This document shows positions 9,401 to 16,411 of a stretch of 32,000 bases of DNA, piece by piece. A model generated the notes under the pieces. It was not told where the DNA came from. It did no database searches and saw only the letters and a program-made list of their open reading frames with translations. How positions within the stretch are numbered: position 1 is the stretch's first letter; every line of letters starts with the position of its first letter. A program made the position numbers and the translations under genes. Source of the stretch: Thermodesulfobacteriota bacterium (GTDB lineage: Bacteria > Desulfobacterota > WTBG01 > JAGOGO01); NCBI GenBank assembly GCA_026625185.1, contig CP113000.1, positions 390,001-422,000 of the forward strand, read 5' to 3'.

Positions 9401-9543
9401 TGCCCCCCGGAAATATAGTCATCAAACCACCACTGCCGCGCCCCCTGATGCAGGTCGAGGTAAATGGCAGAAGGACGGATGCCTTTGACTCGGAAAGCGC
9501 CATCTGTGATGCGTTCCCGGCAGAAATAGCCATGAATTATTGA
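6448..9543 (+). CDS. Multidomain glycan-binding and glycosidase-like protein: N-terminal CBM-like beta-sandwich, F5/8 type C (discoidin) domain, and GH15/glucoamylase-like (alpha/alpha)6 domain
   Basis: 1031-aa ORF. Discoidin-like stretch: NVIDPSGSTSWRS...QILIDF...YGGLVVHWE...RFIRLNL. Six-hairpin glycosidase-like stretch: RRYSRSWIRDGAMMGAALLRMG. No signal peptide. 4-nt overlap with the upstream gene. Confidence 0.75.
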   Translation: MKSELLDNFVDLSDWQAIASGQAQIHITPDQGPHGKAMRVDFDFKGGGGFVVARKAFSMTLPESYAFSFGIRGAAPSNIFEFKLMDESDKNVWRYREEALKFSENWQTLRIKSSQIAFAWGPLGGGPAREVVAIEYVIASGPGGKGTVWIDDLRFEDQTYCLTPKVQASSAQPGFEPQNVIDPSGSTSWRSIASDGPQQILIDFQTEREYGGLVVHWEKDLRPQYFDIQLSTNAKNWSTVWTTQNGVGERTYVYLPNAVSRFIRLNLRQNLKGRGVGIIGIQVKPYDFSRSINAFFGEIAKESPKGFYPKYLFAQQTYWTLVGTGEDITQALFNEEGMVEVDKGAFSIEPFLYVDDRLITWADVSLKQDLKDGYLPIPSSVWQTDELSLITTTFATVNSDKSVLYIRYRLRNTSAKSRRMRFFVGIRPFQVTPTWQNWHAFGGVSKIMDLEQRAGEIWVNKSKQVIPLTTPSQFGAVTFVQGPITEFLKNGELPAQTVVSDDFGYASGALRYDLDLTTDAVKDIFLAIPFGTVDMATVQTASSAGGSIAAEQFDIAVRKWEDKLSAFEIHLPAEFQEVVHTLKTAAAHILINRDGPAFHPGPRRYSRSWIRDGAMMGAALLRMGFTYEMRDFIRWYAAYQTDDGNLPDCADREGCEWLPEYDCWGQFIFAIMDYYRFSGDRKFLVEMWPAVLKSVGFMENLRGQRLTPAFQTPDKVVYYGLLPESMSHEGYMAHPVHAFWDDFWALRGLKDAITIAEVLGDQFQAQRLLIFTESFCNTLFRSLNKTIQDHNLDFVPGSVEFADFDPAATSVAISLLDQLHHFPQPATDQTFDKYLIGFRDRASGGISWNNYSAYEIRVIAALIRLCRRQDAHELLDFFLSDRRIPPWNQWPEISWCDPKGPSFIGDMPHSWISAEYILAIRSMFAYEREEDHALVIGAGIHEKWLTDTRGVVVKNLPTHYGKLNYTLRRDGPYTLRLMLGGDLTLPPGNIVIKPPLPRPLMQVEVNGRRTDAFDSESAICDAFPAEIAMNY

Positions 9544-9737
9544 GTCCAGACCCTTTTTTATTAATGGCGAGACTTAAAACCTTTTTTTGGAGTAATAACT
9601 TTTTGTTACAATATTTCTTGTAAACTTAAAAATTTCAGGTCATAATAACCTGAGTTAAATTAAATTGTTCCCCTTAACAAGGCAGATTAAAAGGTGAAGC
9701 AAAAGAATAATTCAAGCCTAGGTAAGGAGATTGAAAT

Positions 9738-10100
9738 ATGAAAAAAAACCAAATTGTACCAGGAATATTTTTGGTATTTTTTATTATTAGTATAATTCTT
9801 GCCAAAACCTCTTATATTTTTGCAAACGAGGGGGGAAGTTCCCAACAAGCGTCATATTCGGTTGAGGTTTCCCAGGTAGATGCCCGCCCGTCATTTCCGG
9901 ACGTCCTTTGCGATCTTATTTTCATTCGCCCGGCAGGTGTGGTCGTCCTGGGAATTGGCTTGGGGGCCACAGTGGTAGCAACGCCTTTCGCACTGCCAAC
10001 TGGAACCATGAGCCAAGTATCACAGGCGCTAATTATTGACCCGTTTGATTACACCTTTGTACGACCTTTAGGAGATTGGCAGGATGGCTTGGGGGACTAA
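9738..10100 (+). CDS. Hypothetical exported or membrane protein
   Basis: 120-aa ORF with a strong RBS (taaggagattgaaatATG). N-terminal signal-like segment MKKNQIVPGIFLVFFIISIILA plus a second hydrophobic stretch. No family recognised. Confidence 0.55.
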   Translation: MKKNQIVPGIFLVFFIISIILAKTSYIFANEGGSSQQASYSVEVSQVDARPSFPDVLCDLIFIRPAGVVVLGIGLGATVVATPFALPTGTMSQVSQALIIDPFDYTFVRPLGDWQDGLGD

Positions 10101-10173
10101 GGTTAAAACCTCTGAACCTGTTGTTTTAGTAAGCCGTCCACCTGTGTAATGCCACCCGTTTAGCAAGCATTTT

Positions 10174-10470
10174 TTAGGTAAGAGATGGAGTCATGTAAAT
10201 AGGTGTGTAAAAAGAATTTAGTCGGCCAACCTTTTCGGTTTTTTTTGACTCCCTTTTCAGCACACCATCGACATACGTTTTCCCTCTGTAAACATCAGGC
10301 AACAGCCAATGACCTTTTAACGTGCTGAAGTTTTTCTTCGAAACCTGCAACATTTTCCAGATCATTGCGGTGGCTTTGTGAACTTTCTCGAAGCGCTTCG
10401 CTGCATCGGTCATCAGTCTCACTGAGCTTAAGGGGGACTCAACCACATTCGTTGCCCGAAGGTGCACCCA
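10174..10470 (-). pseudogene. IS256-family (mutator-type) transposase, C-terminal remnant only
   Basis: The ~97-aa tail RATNVVESPLSSVRLMTDAAKRFEKVHKATAMIWKMLQV...LLPDVYRGKTYVDGVLK matches the conserved TNxIES...VRxRT...W...G..Y.DGV C-terminus of IS256 transposases. The upstream ~300 aa are absent. Confidence 0.6.
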
Positions 10471-10785
10471 GTGCTACTTCGTAGTGAGTAATATCATTTT
10501 ATCTTTGAGTTGACCATATTGGCGATAAAAACTGCTTTATAATCGAATTGAGGTCATTACTTATTCGGGTTATCGAGATGCCTGACGGAACTCTTTTCAC
10601 TTTTATCCTTCCCAAAACATTTGCTTTTTTAAGGTCAATGTTTTTTGTATTTTTAACTTTAAAAAAAGTCAATCAAAACTTATCCTTACTTTTCAGGCAC
10701 CTTAATACGCCGCTTAAAGAGCATAAGATTTTCGTGCTGATTTTGATTCCTCTTTATTGCCTTACCGTATCCTGAATACTCGCGA

Positions 10786-11264
10786 AAGTTTCCACTTTCT
10801 GAAACTACTGTATATGTATTTAAAAAATCCAGGTTTTTAACCATTTCAATCCAAACTCGAAAAAAGGAAGAAAACATACTAATCGATAATCGTTTGGGTT
10901 CTATTCCCACTAAGCGAATTCCCATCAAAGCAGATAAGGTTTGGCTTAAAATTGTATTTCGAAATCTTTTCAATAATGCCATCAAATATGGCGGCAAGGG
11001 ATGTGGGGTAGCCTTTGGTTGCGAAGACTGCGGATCATACTACAAACTTAATGTTTATAATAGTGGAGCGCCGATTGCGGATGATATCTGCGAAAAACTG
11101 TTTACAAAATTTAATCGGAATGGAGTGGAGGGGAATTGCCTTCTGAAGGCATGGGCCTGGGGCTGTATCTGACCAAAAAGATCATTCAGAATCATGGCGG
11201 TGAAATAAAGTATGAACCCAAAGAAGGGGGTGCCAATTTTGTTCTAACCCTTCCGAATGAGTGA
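10786..11264 (+). pseudogene. Sensor histidine kinase remnant: HATPase_c domain only, 5'-truncated and frameshifted
   Basis: N box KADKVWLKIVFRNLFNNAIKYGG, G1 region LNVYNSGAPI and F box LFTKFNR lie in frame 1. The G2 box and end, EGMGLGLYLTKKIIQNHGGEIKYEPKEGGANFVLTLPNE*, lie in another frame (shift near 11112-11125). No HisKA or sensor part upstream. Confidence 0.7.
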
Positions 11265-11449
11265 CTATGAGGGCTTAACTTGCTAAGAATAATTTTTTTT
11301 GCCTCTTCACGCATAGCCTGAAGGGTTTTTTTATTTAAGGATAATTATTAAACAAGGTTTTAATGAAACAGTACCCCAACACAGCAATTCTATACCAAAA
11401 TCCCAACATTAAAACTGGATCGGTTTTCGGTGGGCAGGTACATTATCTT

Positions 11450-12205
11450 TTATCTTTTTATCAAGTCTTCACGATGTTGGTTATAAGCATCTCTAACCGA
11501 AACGTATGGGTCAAGGGCAGCACGCTTAAGTCCCTCATATTCCCCGATCCGCAAAGAAGTCCGATTGACTGCCGCCAATATCTCTGCTCCATAAACATAG
11601 GGAAAGCTATAATGGGTTAGAACATAAAAAGAAGGAACAATGCACCTCTCAACAAAACTTCCAATGCCGTCGCGGAGGCTGGTTGATCCAGCAAAAGGAA
11701 GAGTGAGGTAAAACCCTGGTCCCTTGTAACACCCGATGGTTTGACCAAAATCTTCATCCTTCATTTCAAGATGGAAACATTTTTTTGCCGGGTCAAACAA
11801 ACCAGCCACTCCGATGGTGGTATTAATCCCAAACCGTGATAGTTCAACCGATGCTTCTTTAAATTCACCTTGTAACCCGCAGTTAATCATGCGAACCGGT
11901 GAAAATACATTCCAAAAAAAATTTTGAACCGATAGTCGAGCGCTTCTCGGTAAAACCCATCCATATCCTTGCGCCACTGGTTTTAATACCCAAAAATAAA
12001 GTTTGTCGTTGACCTTAAAAAAAAATCGGTTAAATCGCTCGATCGGGTCAGGAATGGGTTGAACAGCTTCGGCAGTGTTTTCCAACGGTATTTCCTTACC
12101 CATCGAAGGCGTAATTACTTTGACGGTATCTGAAGCCAAAGAAAAATCGATAAAAAACATCAAAGCACAAAGGAAAACTATTATACCCGATAGATTTTTT
12201 TTCAT
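11450..12205 (-). CDS. mlaA: MlaA/VacJ-family outer-membrane lipoprotein (phospholipid asymmetry maintenance)
   Basis: DPIERFNRFFFKVNDKLYFWVLKPVAQGYGWVLPRSARLSVQNFFWNVFSPVRMINCGLQGEF...FGINTTIGVAGLFDPA is the canonical MlaA core. Start placed at MKKNLSG (12205), preceded by GGGGG; the track ORF starts at 12232. Confidence 0.9.
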   Translation of the reverse strand: MKKNLSGIIVFLCALMFFIDFSLASDTVKVITPSMGKEIPLENTAEAVQPIPDPIERFNRFFFKVNDKLYFWVLKPVAQGYGWVLPRSARLSVQNFFWNVFSPVRMINCGLQGEFKEASVELSRFGINTTIGVAGLFDPAKKCFHLEMKDEDFGQTIGCYKGPGFYLTLPFAGSTSLRDGIGSFVERCIVPSFYVLTHYSFPYVYGAEILAAVNRTSLRIGEYEGLKRAALDPYVSVRDAYNQHREDLIKR

Positions 12206-12503
12206 CGTTGCCCCCTTTTGAAATTTCATCATTTTTCCCTAAAGCCGAAGGTTAAGATTAACTGCACAGCTTTATTCTAAGGGATTAAGAAATGGTCACT
12301 AGTCTTGTTCAGCCAGGGGGTCACCAAGCGTCAAGCCCGTTGCTTTACCATCCCAAAAAATACCCACACCCCAACCCACTTGGTTTCATTGACCTGCCCC
12401 AAAAACTGTCCCACCTTTATTTTTAAATTTTACCATTTTTTATTTCTTAATGCAAATATGCCTCTGGCGCCCGAGGAGGGTGAACCAATGGTTTTTTTAT
12501 TTG

Positions 12504-12534
12504 CCTTATATATAAATAACCTTATATATAAATA
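12504..12534. repeat. 15-bp direct repeat ccttatatataaata x2 (period 16)
   Basis: Read directly; lies immediately upstream of repeat copy 2. Confidence 0.6.
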
Positions 12535-12543
12535 GCTTAGAGC

Positions 12544-12601
12544 GGAGTCCCTCTCGCCTCTAAATTTTTCATTGGGCGAACTTTTCAAAAAGTAATTCTT
12601 C
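12544..12601 (+). repeat. Copy 2 of the ~58-bp dispersed repeat (partner at 343-400)
   Basis: See the feature at 343-400. Confidence 0.6.
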
Positions 12602-12745
12602 ATCAGCTCAAAGCAATAAAATGGGCATCGAAGTGAGGCCCTTTTTTAATGACCCAAAAAGTCTAACATCACCTACTTAAAAACCAGCCAGCATGACTAC
12701 CCTGATAATGATCTCCCAATAGCGTGTATCAAGTTACAAAGGAGG

Positions 12746-13243
12746 CTATCTTAAAACGCAAAAAAAAATTTGCTTTGTCACGCAGGAAGCAATATAAATA
12801 TGAACAAAAATGAAATGCTTGAATGATAGGGCTACGAAAAGACCGAATAAAAAAAAGACAAAGTAATCGAACAGCTGTCCCCACCCTTCCGTGAATTCGG
12901 TGCTGTGTGTGCTTGCGTCGCGAAAGCCTGCTTGTACCGCCAGGCCTGCGATGTAGGCTGCAATGAACATTCTCCCCCCGACAGTTTCACAGGCGAGTAC
13001 GCTGAGTACTGGTATCGCTACCAGCCCAAATTGTTGGGTGGATTCAACCATCCACTCTTTGCATCGGGCTGTGGCTAGGAGCAGACCACCAATCAGCCCC
13101 ACGAAAAGCCCCACCAACGCGCCCATCCCCAATTGTTCAAAAACAAAGTTTAGTAGGACTCGGCCGGCCCCCTCTGTGCCGATCTGGGACACTACGATTA
13201 AAAACATGAGAAAGGGGACTGAAAGCCCATCGTTTAGCCCTGC
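12746..13243 (-). pseudogene. Cation:proton antiporter (CPA1, Na+/H+ exchanger family) internal fragment
   Basis: The open frame reads AGLNDGLSVPFLMFLIVVSQ...GALVGLFVGLIGGLLL...FIAAYIAGLAV, typical central TM helices including the (E)SGLNDG motif. The N-terminal ~150 aa and the C-terminal helices are missing. Confidence 0.65.
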
Positions 13244-13299
13244 TTTTTTGTCTAACTTTGCGTTAGTGTTTTTGGATGTGGATTTGTGATTACCCTTTA

Positions 13300-14205
13300 C
13301 TAAATTAAACGCTTCTTCCTTAACCTGATAAAAGGATTAAGGCCGGTAACCACAAACAACAGGGTTGCAGGAATCGGCAACGTAGCGGCTCCCGGGGTAA
13401 GCAACCCTCCTCCGTTCAGGCTAAAAATCCCTCCATTTAGCGCCAGCATGAGCGGACTGTTCGGATCGTAATAGAGCGTTAACCCATTGCCCCCCATAAT
13501 ATTGGTGATCTCCGAGTTGCTGATTACAAGTCCCATTATTTCATCAACATACAGTGCCCCACCCGGGATACCGTTGCCGTCAAAAAGAAAGATGCTTTGG
13601 CCGGTAATATCGAGGGTTTGCCAGGCAAAACTTTCGCTGCCGGGACCGCTATCTGCTCCCGGGAGGTAAAAATTGTGTTCACTGTCCGTACCGAAAATAA
13701 AGGCGAGCATGGCCCCATCAGTGTTCCAAAGGGGATTGGTGCCTTGGTTGATAAAGTCATTGCTGATGTTAAACACATCACCTGTTCCGCCCACAAGGTA
13801 CCCTGTCGGATCAACAATTAGGTCCGTAAAGGTCTGGGTGGCGGGGTCGCTGACGTAAGCGCCGTTGTTGGTAAACGTACCGGTATACGTAGCAGCGGTT
13901 CCGGTGACCTTCCAGGCGCCGTTGTTTTCCACGCTGCCGTTGACGACCCGGGTTCCGGCCCCACTCAGTGTCGTGGTGCCGGTGGCATTATTGACGATAT
14001 TGGATAAGCGGCAAAACCCTCTTTCTTTTGCTTGGGAATTTTTCTTCTTTGCTGGCTCAGGAAAATCTACCGGCCTTATCAAAAAGGTTTCCCCATCGGT
14101 AGGTTCAATTATCACCAACACTCCAGGCGGTAAGACGCTCGGCCTTGAGTGTTTACCCACCCAAGAGTTGACCAGCCACCCCTTCCCTCCCTTAGTGCTT
14201 TTCAT
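13300..14205 (-). CDS. PEP-CTERM-type (variant PIP-CTERM) surface protein with a Gly/Thr/Asn-rich beta-repeat body and an aberrant N-terminus
   Basis: The C-terminus ATLPIPATLLFVVTGLNPFIRLRKKRLI has the PEP-like motif, a TM helix and a basic tail, as in exosortase sorting signals. The body is NNATGTTTLSGAGTRVVNGSVENNGAWKVTGTAATYTGTFTNNGAY. The first ~65 aa have no signal peptide. Confidence 0.6.
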   Translation of the reverse strand: MKSTKGGKGWLVNSWVGKHSRPSVLPPGVLVIIEPTDGETFLIRPVDFPEPAKKKNSQAKERGFCRLSNIVNNATGTTTLSGAGTRVVNGSVENNGAWKVTGTAATYTGTFTNNGAYVSDPATQTFTDLIVDPTGYLVGGTGDVFNISNDFINQGTNPLWNTDGAMLAFIFGTDSEHNFYLPGADSGPGSESFAWQTLDITGQSIFLFDGNGIPGGALYVDEIMGLVISNSEITNIMGGNGLTLYYDPNSPLMLALNGGIFSLNGGGLLTPGAATLPIPATLLFVVTGLNPFIRLRKKRLI

Positions 14206-14255
14206 GAATCGTTTAAATAGAATCTGAGAGGAAAAACTTAGTAAAAAACAATTAA

Positions 14256-14276
14256 AGGGTAGTTATAGGGTAGTTA
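14256..14276. repeat. Tandem agggtagtta x2 (period 11) in the upstream region of the PEP-CTERM gene
   Basis: Read directly. The GGGTAGT core also occurs in a hairpin at 673-698. Confidence 0.5.
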
Positions 14277-14326
14277 AGCAGGAAATAGGAAACTGACCAT
14301 TTCTGTTAACCATCTGAAATCATTAA

Positions 14327-14368
14327 TGCGCCCAGGGCGACTCGAACGCCCAATCTACGGATTCGTAG
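14327..14368 (-). pseudogene. tRNA-Arg(ACG) 3' fragment, anticodon loop to discriminator; att-site-type remnant
   Basis: The minus strand reads CTACGAA (loop, anticodon ACG after U33), TCCGT, AGATT, GGGCG-TTCGAGT-CGCCC (T arm), TGGGCGC (acceptor 3' strand), A. The 5' anticodon-stem partner and the 5' acceptor strand GCGCCCA are absent, so the tRNA is not intact. Confidence 0.7.
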
Positions 14369-14393
14369 TCGCAACTAATGGGGTTCTAAGTTT

Positions 14394-14480
14394 TTAAGTT
14401 TGTTTGGAACTGATTAAGTTTGTTTGGGGAAATTAGCTTCCGGGAATGATTCATTTTTAGTCTGTTTTGGTCTGTTTTGG
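14394..14480 (+). repeat. Cluster of four direct repeats: ttaagtttgtttgg x2 (14394, 14414) and tctgttttgg x2 (14461, 14471)
   Basis: Read directly. All copies share the core TGTTT(T)GG in one orientation and lie 25-110 bp from the tRNA fragment. Confidence 0.7.
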
Positions 14481-14745
14481 ACTGTCTACTTGACAAAAAC
14501 CTTACAATTTGACTCTTGAGAGGTTAAGGCATTTTTTTTAAACCCCGTCTAATACCATTTTTGCACAGCTTTTTTTACCACCCTTAGGATAAACTCCTAC
14601 CTCTGGGAATTTTTCCTCAAAAAATGAGGTAATTCCCCTATAGACATGAAGTAAAATTCTTATTATTAAAAATAGAAAAACAGGACATTTTATCAGTAGG
14701 TTTCTAAAGGCCATGGGAAAAAAGATAAAAAAGGGGGAAAAAGAA

Positions 14746-15162
14746 CTACGCCGGAAAGATTTTGTAAAAAAAATGGCGTACGTGGCTCCAGCTATTGAAA
14801 TACTGGTTATCCCCAAATATACCTCTGCCCAAACCACAAGCTGTCCTTCGAGCTCTGGGCCCTCCTGTCGCAAACATAAATAGACTAACAGGACAATTAA
14901 CTGCCTTCCATTGCCTCCTCATCCCCCAAACCCTTATCGAGAAATCGGTAGGGGTTTTTATTCCCTGAAAATAAAGGCCTTGCCCTTCTTTGATGGGAAT
15001 ACCCAGATAATCGGCGATCTCTTTTCTGAAAATGGAAAACGTGGCCCCGGAATCAACTAAGGCTTTGACCTTCAGGCTCCCTTTGGGTCCGTTTAGCTCG
15101 ATGTCCACCATGGGATAGGACAGGTCTCCTTTTTTAAGATACGGGAATTCTTTCTCCATCAT
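14746..15162 (-). CDS. Retropepsin-like (clan AA) aspartic protease
   Basis: 138-aa ORF with the catalytic motif KALVDSGATFSI (D-S-G-A) at the usual distance from the N-terminus. A possible LLGR-type flap/C-terminal motif is CGLGRGIFGDNQYF. ATGA overlap with the upstream DUF5678 gene. The C-terminal third is less convincing. Confidence 0.7.
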   Translation of the reverse strand: MMEKEFPYLKKGDLSYPMVDIELNGPKGSLKVKALVDSGATFSIFRKEIADYLGIPIKEGQGLYFQGIKTPTDFSIRVWGMRRQWKAVNCPVSLFMFATGGPRARRTACGLGRGIFGDNQYFNSWSHVRHFFYKIFPA

Positions 15163-15362
15163 ATATACGGGCCTTCGCTTTTCCTGGGGATCAGGAGCAC
15201 TGAAGGCTTGTTTTTAAGGTTTTTAACTTTCTTCATCAGTTTTTTGAGAGTCCCCTGATGAGCTACGACCTTTCCATGGGCAAATGCCACCCACTCACCC
15301 GCATATTGGCCCAGCGAAACCGTCTTATGATTGGTTTTAATCGCAATCTTTGGTTTTTCCAT
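15159..15362 (-). CDS. DUF5678-like small protein
   Basis: The 67-aa sequence LGQYAGEWVAFAHGKVVAHQGTLKKLMKKVKNLKNKPSVLLIPRK fits the DUF5678 pattern (y.gkWVAi.dgkVva.g..l.el....p.i..vP). Confidence 0.6.
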   Translation of the reverse strand: MEKPKIAIKTNHKTVSLGQYAGEWVAFAHGKVVAHQGTLKKLMKKVKNLKNKPSVLLIPRKSEGPYI

Positions 15363-15861
15363 ATTTGTTATATTTAGTGATTATCATCCCTAACCCCACC
15401 GCATCGAACATGTTCTGGTGGAATTCTTCTTTCCAGGCCCGATCCTGAGTCAGGTAAACTTTAAGCTCCGGATATTTGGCCACCACCATCCGGGCCACTT
15501 CCTTTTTGCTCGCGTGGCCGTTGCCACAGATTATTTTTTTCATGGTGCTCGGGGCAAAGCTTACCACTCTAATCCCCTTCCTTCTTCCGATGGCCCTTAT
15601 CTCATCCACCAGGACATTTAAAAGGGAGGAATTCCGGTTATTGAAGAAAAAGGTCTTTTCCACCACCAGGATTTGAGGCCTAAAGCCATTGATCAATTTC
15701 AACACGATCTTTCTTCCCGTCCAGAGGATGTCATGGGGTGATCTCCGGTTTTAAATCACCTTAACCCCGGCATAAATAAGGGCACTGTTATCGAGGAACG
15801 CTACCCCCATGTGTCGGGTGCCGGGATCAATGGCCAGGATTTTTAATTTGTTTTTGAACAT
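15337..15861 (-). pseudogene. RuvC-like Holliday-junction resolvase with catalytic residues present, interrupted by one in-frame TAA
   Basis: Own translation from ATG 15861: MFKNKLKILAIDPGTRHMGVAFLDNSALIYAGVKVI*NRRSPHDILWTGRKIVLKLINGFRPQILVVEKTFF...KKIICGNGHASKKEV...FDAVGLGMI. The stop is at 15753-15751. The D (DPG), E (VVEK) and D (FDAV) positions are conserved. Confidence 0.75.
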
Positions 15862-15913
15862 GGATTTTGGGGTGGATGGGGAAGGGAGATCACTCCCCTC
15901 CCGCACAGAGTGA

Positions 15914-16411
15914 TTAATTATCTAAGCGATTGAAACAGACGACGCCTAAGGCAATTGCCTCAAACATCCTGACAAAGTAGGAGTTCTTGTTTTTCTTTTC
16001 CTTGCTTAATTCGTTGACCAGGAAGGGATAGCGGGAAACAACTGCTTCTTGAAGCTCCCTTTTATTCTTTATGCTTTTCTCTATGGAGAGAAACTTCTCC
16101 AGATCTTTCATGGGAAACTCAAATACCTTAAGTCTCTTTTGTTTTGAAAATTCCTTTAATCTGGTCGCCAATCGGTTCAAATTCTGAGAGCTCCGGGAAG
16201 GATGGAGTTTCTTGATGGCTAGGATATTGGGTTCGTAGCGGGCAATAAGATCGGAAAGAATGGCTTTAGTCTTTTTAAGCTTTTCTTTGAATTCCCTTCC
16301 CTCGATAACTTTTATTCTCAAATCTTTTAGTTCCGGACCTTGAAAGAAAGCTACACCTACGTATCGTGTTCCCGGATTAATTCCCAGGATCTTGGGAGAT
16401 TTCTTATGCAT
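15914..16411 (-). CDS. RuvC-like paralog with substituted catalytic residues
   Basis: 165-aa ORF: KILGINPGTRYVGVAF (Asn replaces the first catalytic Asp), ILAIKKLH (Lys replaces the Glu), MFEAIALGV (Glu at the last acidic position). Its ATG overlaps the upstream Rep-like stop by 8 nt. Confidence 0.75.
   Translation of the reverse strand: MHKKSPKILGINPGTRYVGVAFFQGPELKDLRIKVIEGREFKEKLKKTKAILSDLIARYEPNILAIKKLHPSRSSQNLNRLATRLKEFSKQKRLKVFEFPMKDLEKFLSIEKSIKNKRELQEAVVSRYPFLVNELSKEKKNKNSYFVRMFEAIALGVVCFNRLDN

Noticed and set aside
10548-10620. A second histidine-kinase tail (IRVIEMPDGTLFTFILPK resembles ..veS.pg.GT.F.f.LP).
   Set aside because: Only ~18 residues are similar, there are no G1/G2 boxes upstream in any frame, and the stretch could be chance. 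It is too weak to annotate.
12352-12377. A G-quadruplex-type motif on the minus strand (GGG-N2-GGGG-N3-GGG-N8-GGG) about 150 nt upstream of mlaA.
   Set aside because: It is a single occurrence, one loop is longer than the usual limit, and no supporting context exists. It is noted only.
14206-14330. A sigma-54 (-24 GG / -12 GC) promoter upstream of the PEP-CTERM gene, and likewise upstream of the gene at 9738.
   Set aside because: No GG-N10-GC arrangement with the consensus TGGCAC/TTGC context was found by eye.
14394-14480. A possible CRISPR array or other regularly spaced repeat array.
   Set aside because: There are only two copies of each short (10-14 bp) repeat, there are no spacers of uniform size, and there are no cas genes other than a stand-alone Cas4-like nuclease. 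No other repeat-spacer structure was seen in the window.
14538-14873. Track ORF of 111 aa on the minus strand downstream of, and overlapping, the protease.
   Set aside because: It has no recognisable motif and is Phe/Ile-rich. It is largely the antisense of the 56-aa plus-strand ORF and overlaps the protease out of frame. I keep it only as a possible alternative protease C-terminus (see the finding at 14713-14883).
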